A model generated the notes under the pieces. The model did not search any database and was not told the origin of the DNA. It saw nothing but the letters and a program-made list of their open reading frames with translations. Below are positions 56,934 to 64,000 of a DNA stretch of 64,000 bases, piece by piece. Made by a program: the position numbers and the translations under genes. The stretch spans positions 37,143 to 101,142 of the forward strand of contig CAUTMR010000001.1 in NCBI GenBank assembly GCA_963539975.1, in the 5' to 3' direction. This DNA is from an uncultured Porphyromonas sp. GTDB taxonomy: Bacteria; Bacteroidota; Bacteroidia; Bacteroidales; Porphyromonadaceae. Positions within the stretch are counted from its first letter, which is position 1, and every line of letters begins with the position of its first letter.

Positions 56934-59300
56934 CTACTTTTTGGACTTGGTAGCCGTTCGTTTGCTGGTCGAGCCTTTGCGAGCGCCCGATGGATGACCA
57001 TTCTTCATGATCTCGAGGCACTCCTCGTATGTGAGTTTGGCTGCCCGCTCTTTTTGCTCTTTGGTTAGTTTGTAGTTTTCTTTCCCATGTTTGAGGAAGG
57101 GACCAAAATGTCCCGCGCGTATGGTGAGTTCGGGGTCTTCGGAGAATCTCTTTAGCTCAGCTTTTATCTCCTCTTCGCGTTTGGCTTGTATGAGGTTTAT
57201 GCACTCTTCGAGGGAGATGGAAAGGGGATCGTACTGTTTAGGAATAGAAGTGAACTTGCCTGCATGTTGAATGTAGGGGCCAAAGCGACCCGAAGCCACT
57301 TTTACGTCACTCCCCTCGAATTGTCCTGCGGTACGAGGTAGTTTGAAGAGGTCTAGAGCCTCCTCCAGCGTAATGGTTTGGATGGATTGCCCCTCCCGTA
57401 GTGATGCAAAACTTGCTTTCTCGGTAGGCGTGTTCTCTCCTATTTGTACCAAAGGTCCATAGCGGCCAATACGTACTGTTACAGTTTTATTCGTAGCGGG
57501 GTCAATGCCTAGATTTCGTTCTCCTCTAGCATGATTGTCAAAAGATTCTAGGGCTGTCTCTACCATGGGATGGAAGAGAGTGTAGAAATGTTCCATGGTG
57601 TTGGTCCAAATCTCTTTCCCTTCGGCTATTCTGTCGAAGAGCCCTTCTACTTGAGCCGTAAAGTTGTAATCGATAACCTTGGGGAAGTTCTCTACAAGAA
57701 AATCATTCACCACAATCCCGATGTCTGTGGGGAGAAGTTTGCCCTTATCGGCTCCTACCTTCTCGGTACGTATCTTGAGAGTAGGTGTGGGATGCTGGGC
57801 GTTGCAGATATAGTCGTGATACTGATGTTCGGTACCATTACCGGTTCCTTTTTGTACGTACTCTCTAGCTTGTATAACTTGTATTGTGGGGGCATAAGTA
57901 GAGGGGCGACCGATGCCGAGCTCTTCTAATCTGCGTACGAGAGAGGCTTCTGAGTAACGAGCCGGGGCACGTGTTATATGCTCTGTAGCAACGAGCTCTT
58001 GGGTGTTGAGCAATTCTCCCTTACTAAGAGTCGGGAGTTGATGGGTATTGTCCTTTTCTTCCTCTTCGTCGCTATGAGAAGTATAGTTGTAGGCTTTGAG
58101 AAATCCCTCGAAGCGGATTACCTCCCCCTCTGCTACGAAAACGTCGTTAGAGGATTGCCCCCTAAAGGTTGCCGTTGTCTTCTCCAAAACGACATCTGCC
58201 ATCTGGGAGGCTAGAGTCCGTTTATGGATCATTTCGTAGAGTTTTTGCTCTTGAGGAGTACCCGAGATACTTTCTCTGCTCAGATCAGTAGGGCGGATAG
58301 CTTCGTGTGCCTCTTGTGCTCCCTTACTCTTTGTCTTGTACTTCCGTAGTTGGTAGTAGCTCTCGCCCCATCGCTCTTTTATGGCTTTGGCAGCACTATT
58401 GAGTGCCAACGAGGAGAGGTTAACGGAGTCCGTTCGCATATAGGTAATGTGCCCCGATTCATAGAGCTTTTGGGCTATACGCATGGTTGTCCCCACGGTG
58501 TAACCTAGTTTTCTAGCCGCCTCTTGCTGTAGAGTAGATGTGGTAAAAGGAGCTGCAGGAGAGCGCTTGCCGGGTTTACTCACGAGACTCAGTACCTCCA
58601 TCTCTTGAGCGCTGTTACGGCTTAGGAAATCCTTGGCTTCTTCTGCGGTGTCAAATGTTTTTTCTGCAACGGCTTGCAGGGTTTCCCCTTCCGTTTGTTT
58701 GCAAAGAGACGCTATAACTTTATACGAAGAAGAAGGACTGAATTGCTGAATCTCTCGCTCTCTATCCACGATGAGACGGACGGCTACCGACTGTACACGT
58801 CCTGCCGAGAGTGCCGGCTTAATGCGTTTCCATAGGATGGGAGAAAGCTCAAAACCTACGATGCGGTCGAGTACGCGACGGGCTTGTTGGGCATCCACAA
58901 GGTTGAGATCAATATCCCGAGGATGAGCAATGGCATAGTCAATTGCTTGCTGTGTTATTTCGTGGAAAACAATCCTTTTTGTTGGCTTCCCTGCACGTTC
59001 TAATACCTCGTATAGATGCCAAGCGATAGCCTCTCCTTCGCGGTCTTCATCGGATGCTAACCATACCATTTTAGCATTGTCGGCCGCTTGCTTTAGCTCT
59101 CGTACCACAGCAATCTTATCCTTACTTATAATGTAGTTGGGGGCGAATTGTTGGGAAATATCTATACCTAATCCACTCTTTTTTAAGTCGCGAATATGTC
59201 CGTAGCTTGAGAGTACTCGGAAGCCTTTCCCAAGAAATTTCTCTATCGTCTTAGCTTTGGCAGGTGATTCGACAATCACGAGGTTAGGGGTCTTTTGCAT
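56934..59300 (-). CDS. topA: DNA topoisomerase I
   Basis: The Toprim N-terminus LVIVESPAKAKTIEKFLG starts at Met37 of the ORF (ATG at 59300), and a TACCTTTG -7 box lies 21 nt upstream. The 36-codon extension is not TopA-like. Confidence 0.95.
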   Translation of the reverse strand: MQKTPNLVIVESPAKAKTIEKFLGKGFRVLSSYGHIRDLKKSGLGIDISQQFAPNYIISKDKIAVVRELKQAADNAKMVWLASDEDREGEAIAWHLYEVLERAGKPTKRIVFHEITQQAIDYAIAHPRDIDLNLVDAQQARRVLDRIVGFELSPILWKRIKPALSAGRVQSVAVRLIVDREREIQQFSPSSSYKVIASLCKQTEGETLQAVAEKTFDTAEEAKDFLSRNSAQEMEVLSLVSKPGKRSPAAPFTTSTLQQEAARKLGYTVGTTMRIAQKLYESGHITYMRTDSVNLSSLALNSAAKAIKERWGESYYQLRKYKTKSKGAQEAHEAIRPTDLSRESISGTPQEQKLYEMIHKRTLASQMADVVLEKTTATFRGQSSNDVFVAEGEVIRFEGFLKAYNYTSHSDEEEEKDNTHQLPTLSKGELLNTQELVATEHITRAPARYSEASLVRRLEELGIGRPSTYAPTIQVIQAREYVQKGTGNGTEHQYHDYICNAQHPTPTLKIRTEKVGADKGKLLPTDIGIVVNDFLVENFPKVIDYNFTAQVEGLFDRIAEGKEIWTNTMEHFYTLFHPMVETALESFDNHARGERNLGIDPATNKTVTVRIGRYGPLVQIGENTPTEKASFASLREGQSIQTITLEEALDLFKLPRTAGQFEGSDVKVASGRFGPYIQHAGKFTSIPKQYDPLSISLEECINLIQAKREEEIKAELKRFSEDPELTIRAGHFGPFLKHGKENYKLTKEQKERAAKLTYEECLEIMKNGHPSGARKGSTSKRTATKSKK

Positions 59301-59320
59301 CGCTTTTCCGTATTTTGCGA

Positions 59321-59328
59321 CAAAGGTA
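59321..59328 (-). promoter_or_regulatory. candidate -7 box TACCTTTG for topA
   Basis: TAnnTTTG match on the minus strand, 21 nt upstream of the proposed ATG. Confidence 0.5.
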
Positions 59329-59505
59329 ATAGGTTCATACGAACTAGAAAAGTCTCTACGAGAGCAGAGAGGCCTACGCATGTCCCCTAAAAATCCTCTT
59401 GGAGCCATCCCTCCGAGGTCGTTATCCCCAAGGAGAAAAGAACTAGATCCTTGTTCAAAATTAGCTGCTCCGCTCTCAAAGTTTGCCTGATAATAAAAAA
59501 GAAAT

Positions 59506-59533
59506 AGCCCTAGATCTGGAAAAATCTAGGGCT
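59506..59533 (-). terminator. rho-independent terminator downstream of rlmI
   Basis: Perfect 10-bp stem AGCCCTAGAT/ATCTAGGGCT with an 8-nt loop. On the minus strand it is followed by ATTTCTTTTTTATTA. Confidence 0.7.
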
Positions 59534-59714
59534 GTTTTGGGGCTGTATCTTGGGTGAGATTTTATTTGAAATCACCCAGAGGGGGAGGGGTGGAATGCTC
59601 ACCCTGGTCTATGACCTATATCTAGAAGAATTATAAATCCTCGTTCTATTTTGTCTTATCACTAGGTCGCTAGTAATTATGAACCATACAAAGAGGAGAG
59701 GAAAACTCTGGGGA

Positions 59715-60926
59715 TTACTCGACGTATAGGAGGAGCCCCTTGAGGTATTCTCCCTCGGGATGGTAAATGCTTATGGGGTGATCAGAGGCTTGGCGCATCT
59801 GTCGTAGAATCCGTACACTGCGCCTGGATTGTACTGCTGCTGTAAGCACCGTTAGTCGAAATTCTTCGGGAGAAATAGCCTGAGAGCAACTATATGTGAA
59901 GAGCAATCCTCCCGGAGCAATTCTCTCTAGGGCAAGAGCATTGAGTTTGCGGTAGCCATTGAGGGCGTTTCTTACAGCAGAGCGTTTCTTGGCAAATGCC
60001 GGAGGATCTAAAACAATAAGGTCAAAACTTCCCTTGGCAATACCCTTTAGATATTCGAAGGCATCGGCTACAACGCCTTCGTGTCTACCGCCCGCGATGG
60101 AGTTGCCCCAGTTGCAGGCTACATTTTCTTCGACCAGAGAAAGGGCACGAGCTGAGCTATCAACTGAGACAACTTCTTCTGCTTTACCTTGCAAAGCATA
60201 GAGACTGAAGCCTCCGGAATAGCAAAACATATTGAGCACCCTTTTGCCACAAGCCATCTCTTCTACAAGTTGGCGATTCTCTCGTTGGTCGATAAAAAAT
60301 CCTGTTTTTTGTCCGTGTTCCCAATCCGGAATAAACTGAATGCCATTCTCTAATACGATTTCAGCTTTATTGTTTCCTACTATAAATCCATCGCCCACGT
60401 ACTCCTCGTTGTGTGAGGGTAGTGTGCTCGAAGATTTGTCGTAAACAGCTGTTACCTCGGGAGAAAGTAGCTTTATAAGTATGTCTGCGATGACTTTTAT
60501 TTGTCGGTACATACCCAAGCTATGAGCCTGTATTACCGCCGTGGAGCCGTAGATATCAATGATAAGCCCCGGGAGTCCGTCTCCTTCTCCATGAATCAAG
60601 CGGTACACCGTATTGGTAGACGAGACTAAGTGTAGCTCTTTGCGTAGCCGGTAAGCTGCCGATATCCTTTCGAAAAAGAAGTGGGAAAGGTCGGTAATGG
60701 TCTGATGCCCATAGGTGAGCATTCTAACGGCGATGCTACCTCCTTCGTAAAAACCGGAGCCTAGTGTCTTGCCATCGTGTGAGAACACTTCGACTAAACT
60801 CCCTACTTCCGGAGAGCCTTCTATGTGGGCAATGGCGCCACTAAATATCCAAGGATGAAAGCGGCAGACTGATTCGTCTCGACCTGCTCGTAACGTAATG
60901 TGTAGGGGAGAAGGGACTGGATTCAT
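59715..60926 (-). CDS. rlmI: class I SAM-dependent rRNA methyltransferase (RlmI/YccW-like, PUA plus MTase)
   Basis: 403 aa. N-terminal PUA-like region, SAM motif VLNMFCYSGGFS and DPPAF catalytic motif. Confidence 0.8.
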   Translation of the reverse strand: MNPVPSPLHITLRAGRDESVCRFHPWIFSGAIAHIEGSPEVGSLVEVFSHDGKTLGSGFYEGGSIAVRMLTYGHQTITDLSHFFFERISAAYRLRKELHLVSSTNTVYRLIHGEGDGLPGLIIDIYGSTAVIQAHSLGMYRQIKVIADILIKLLSPEVTAVYDKSSSTLPSHNEEYVGDGFIVGNNKAEIVLENGIQFIPDWEHGQKTGFFIDQRENRQLVEEMACGKRVLNMFCYSGGFSLYALQGKAEEVVSVDSSARALSLVEENVACNWGNSIAGGRHEGVVADAFEYLKGIAKGSFDLIVLDPPAFAKKRSAVRNALNGYRKLNALALERIAPGGLLFTYSCSQAISPEEFRLTVLTAAVQSRRSVRILRQMRQASDHPISIYHPEGEYLKGLLLYVE

Positions 60927-60983
60927 CTATTTAAAAGAGTATTTGGGTTGTGACAACGTCAAAAGGATTTGTTATTGTGGAGG

Positions 60984-63023
60984 CTAGTGGGGAAGTATCG
61001 TAATACCGCCTAACCGCTCGGCAATCTCTTTCTTTTTGAGATTGAGCTCGTTGATACGTTGTAGTAGGGTCATTATTTGCGAACCATCTCCATGCTGTTG
61101 TGCATCACTTAGAGATTGCCGGCACTGTTCGATTTCTTGCAAGATGCGCTCTACACGGAGGGCATCAATAGCATGAAGAGACTCGTTAATGATAGTTTCT
61201 AGTTCCGGGCTATTGTCTTCGTTGTATATGCCCAATGCTTGGCGTTGTGCTCGGGACAATTGGTACCGATCGCTCAGGAGGTCTAGGGTGAGGTCTGCAA
61301 TGCGTGGCTCCGGATGATTGGCAAAGAAATGAGCCGGGCGGAAGCTCTCGGAAGTGCTTAATTGCTCAATGCTTTCGTTCACAATCTTCCGGAATAGAGG
61401 AGTAGACTTATCCATCTCCTCTGCGCCCAACCACTCGTATATGTAGAGCGCGAGAGGCATATCGCTTTGAGTCCCATCACCATTATCAATAGGGATGGGG
61501 CGTTCTCCGTAGCGAATTATGAGGCGTAGGAGCTCAATCTCTTGGCGCGTAGGGGGAATATCCGGTAGAGTAGGAGTGTCAGAAGGGAGAGCCACATCTT
61601 CCGTCTCGCTGAGGGAGGTATCTTCTTCGCGCTCCTTTTCTTCGTTGTGCCTTCGCTCCTCTTGTAGGGCTGCTTGTCGGCTGCGAGCCTGCTCTTCGTT
61701 TGCTCTACCCATAAGGTGGTTGGAACGAGCAATTTTTACTTGCCGGAGGAGTAGCTCTTCGTCAATATGGAGAGTTTGAGCTACACTTTGGGCATAGACG
61801 CTTCGTTCTATAGTGTCTGGGATAAGTCCTATGCTGTGAACAAGATCATTGATAACAGCTGCTCGCCTCCCGGGGCTAGATGCCATATCACCTTGGAATA
61901 GCCCAGTTTTGAATGTGATAAAGTCGATTTCGTGCTCCGAAATGTAGGCATTAAACTCATCAATGGTTCGGCTACGAGAGAAAGAATCTGGGTCTTCACC
62001 TGCAGGCAAGACGAGTACTCGTATATGCATTCCTGCCTCAAGGAGCAAATCAATCCCGCGTATTGCCGCCTTTATACCGGCAGCATCCCCATCGTAAAGT
62101 ACTGTAATGTTTTTGGAGAAACGACGGATTAGGCGTATTTGTTCTCGTGTAAGGGCTGTACCGCTGGAGGCTACCACATTTTCGATACCGGCTTGATGCA
62201 TGGCAATTACATCCATATAACCCTCCACTAAGTAGACTTTGTCCTTTTGGGCAATCGCCTTTTTGGCAAAATAAAGTCCGTATAATTCACGACTTTTTGA
62301 GTAGATAATGTTCTCTGGAGAGTTTATATACTTTGCCATTTTGTCGCTCTTCCCCATAATGCGTCCCCCAAAAGCAACGATACGTCCGCTTACGGAGTGG
62401 ACGGGAAACATGATGCGCTCTCGGAAGCGGTCGCCTCCCGATCTTCCCTCACTGGGCTCGAAACACAACCCCGTAGCGTACAAATATTTCGCATTATAGC
62501 CGGCTTGGGTCGCTGCTGTGAGTAGGGCATTGTGCGAGGATGGAGCATATCCCAATTGGAATTTCTCGATCACCTCTTCGGTTACACCACGAGAGAGAAA
62601 GTAGGAGAGAGCGATGCTGCGCCCTTCGTCGCCCTCCAGAAGTTGCTTCCCAAAGTACTCTGCTGCAAACTTTTGCACCAAGTACATACTTTCTTGCTGG
62701 TTACGACGCTCTCGCTCCTCGGGGCTCTCCTCTCGTTCCTCTAGGGGGATTCCATACTTGCGAGCCAGGTAGCGGAGGGCTTCCGGGAAGGTCATCTTCT
62801 CCAACTTCATAAGGAAAGACACCGGGGTCCCTCCCTCGCCACACGAAAAGCATTTACAGATGTTTTTGGACGGCGATACGTGGAATGAGGGGCGACGATC
62901 TGCGTGAAAAGGGCATAACCCTATGTAATCCACACCCGCTCTGCGAAGTGAAACAAAGTCGCTAACTACATCAACAATATGTGCAGTATCAATGATTTTC
63001 TGTTTTGTAACCTCGTCTATCAT
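60984..63023 (-). CDS. dnaG: DNA primase
   Basis: 679 aa. Zinc ribbon CPFHADRRPSFHVSPSKNICKCFSCGEGG, Toprim EGYMDV, and a long C-terminal region. Confidence 0.95.
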   Translation of the reverse strand: MIDEVTKQKIIDTAHIVDVVSDFVSLRRAGVDYIGLCPFHADRRPSFHVSPSKNICKCFSCGEGGTPVSFLMKLEKMTFPEALRYLARKYGIPLEEREESPEERERRNQQESMYLVQKFAAEYFGKQLLEGDEGRSIALSYFLSRGVTEEVIEKFQLGYAPSSHNALLTAATQAGYNAKYLYATGLCFEPSEGRSGGDRFRERIMFPVHSVSGRIVAFGGRIMGKSDKMAKYINSPENIIYSKSRELYGLYFAKKAIAQKDKVYLVEGYMDVIAMHQAGIENVVASSGTALTREQIRLIRRFSKNITVLYDGDAAGIKAAIRGIDLLLEAGMHIRVLVLPAGEDPDSFSRSRTIDEFNAYISEHEIDFITFKTGLFQGDMASSPGRRAAVINDLVHSIGLIPDTIERSVYAQSVAQTLHIDEELLLRQVKIARSNHLMGRANEEQARSRQAALQEERRHNEEKEREEDTSLSETEDVALPSDTPTLPDIPPTRQEIELLRLIIRYGERPIPIDNGDGTQSDMPLALYIYEWLGAEEMDKSTPLFRKIVNESIEQLSTSESFRPAHFFANHPEPRIADLTLDLLSDRYQLSRAQRQALGIYNEDNSPELETIINESLHAIDALRVERILQEIEQCRQSLSDAQQHGDGSQIMTLLQRINELNLKKKEIAERLGGITILPH

Positions 63024-63049
63024 TGCCTCTCTTGAGGGTGCTTTTAGGA

Positions 63050-64000
63050 CTAATTTTGGTAGTATACACGACGCACTCGAGGTGCAAGATCGGCAATAAG
63101 TTCGTAGGGAATGGTATCAATGGCTCTTGCAAGATCTTCAATCCGAGCCTCTTTGTCACCAAAGAGTATTACCTCGTCTCCCTCTTGAGCTTCGGGGCAT
63201 TGGCTTAGGTCAATCATGCAGGTATCCATACAAACATTCCCCACAATCGGGCATCGCTTGCCATGCACTACCACCCATCCCCTGCCGCAGCTCATACGTC
63301 GGTTGTAGCCATCGGCATAACCAATAGGGATGATACCAATCTCGCCTCCTTGGGTGAGATGTCCGCGTCTACCATAGCCAATCGTTTCATCTTCGGAGAT
63401 ATACGACTTTTGTAGTAGGGTAGTACGCAGCCGTACTGCCGGCTCAAGATGCTTATCCATAGTGGGGGATATGCCATACAATCCGATACCAAGACGTACA
63501 CAATCGAAAGCGTATTGGGGGAATCTCTCTACACCTGCAGTGTTAAGAGCATGGTAGAGGGGGCGGTACCCTGCTATCTCTGAGAATTGATCGGCCGTGG
63601 TGCGGAATACTTCAAGTTGATTGCGTGTGAAGGCGTCTTCTTCCGGCATATCCGCCGCTGCCAAGTGCGTGAAAATACTCCGAGCACGCAGCAGGTGGCT
63701 CTGTGCAAAAAAGCGAGCCAATTCGGGAATTTCGTCCGGATGGAATCCGAGTCTGTGCATACCGGTATCTACTTCGATATGCACTCCGATATTATCAAAA
63801 CCCTGTTTGTCAATCTTATTTGCAAGAGCGCGTAGCAACTTCCACGAGAAAACAACGGGCTCCAGGTGCCACTCCAAAAGGGTATCAAAGGCTGTTGGCT
63901 CCGGATTCATCACGAGGATGGGAGAGAGAATACCCTGACTGCGCAATTCGCGTCCCTCATCGGCCACAGCTACGGCAAGGGCGCCTACGTGCATTTGGTC
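63050..64000 (-). CDS. alr: alanine racemase; N-terminus lies outside the window
   Basis: The ORF is open to the window edge. The C-terminal Alr domain has IPIGYADGY and GNVCMD motifs. Confidence 0.9.
   Translation of the reverse strand, partial: DQMHVGALAVAVADEGRELRSQGILSPILVMNPEPTAFDTLLEWHLEPVVFSWKLLRALANKIDKQGFDNIGVHIEVDTGMHRLGFHPDEIPELARFFAQSHLLRARSIFTHLAAADMPEEDAFTRNQLEVFRTTADQFSEIAGYRPLYHALNTAGVERFPQYAFDCVRLGIGLYGISPTMDKHLEPAVRLRTTLLQKSYISEDETIGYGRRGHLTQGGEIGIIPIGYADGYNRRMSCGRGWVVVHGKRCPIVGNVCMDTCMIDLSQCPEAQEGDEVILFGDKEARIEDLARAIDTIPYELIADLAPRVRRVYYQN

Overview
This is a chromosomal segment from a Bacteroidota (Bacteroidales) anaerobe, and the gene content looks Porphyromonas-like. Supporting signs are T9SS C-terminal sorting domains, signal peptides cleaved before Gln, TAnnTTTG -7 promoter boxes, Ddh, Kbl, tryptophanase, an HU-HIG protein, and Rnf plus NfnAB. 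The window holds about 50 intact, tightly packed genes, mostly housekeeping. In order they are: an MsbA-like ABC exporter (partial), aroA, tnaA, an HU-HIG DNA-binding protein, priA, nfnBA-like oxidoreductase, a secreted nuclease, nadB-nadC-nadA, DUF5606, kbl, ygiQ, ispE, cvpA-sufBCD, rimP-nusA-infB, RseC-like plus rnfBCDGEA, an outer-membrane beta-barrel receptor, a patatin, an FecCD/BtuF-type ABC importer, a flavodiiron protein, lgt, ddh, an MBL-LipB fusion, murB, a SPOR lipoprotein, truA, topA, rlmI, dnaG and alr (partial). No rRNA, tRNA or CRISPR was seen. The only clearly accessory patch is about 29.1-36.6 kb. It contains a full-length group II intron with an intact RT/maturase, sitting next to a decayed IS30-like transposase remnant. 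These are followed by two co-oriented T9SS cargo genes: a thioredoxin-fold/adhesin-like protein and a three-module LRR protein. I did not recognise a defence island or any clearly novel multi-gene system. The observations most worth following up are listed here.
- A phased 4 x 22-bp palindrome-bearing repeat array lies upstream of the HU-HIG/tnaA unit.
- A G10 tract sits in the promoter region of the beta-barrel receptor.
- A weak intrinsic terminator lies in the rimP-nusA leader.
- An MBL hydrolase is fused to LipB in a single ORF.
- The intron/IS/T9SS-cargo patch itself.
All coordinates and motifs were read by eye; no searches or folding calculations were run.
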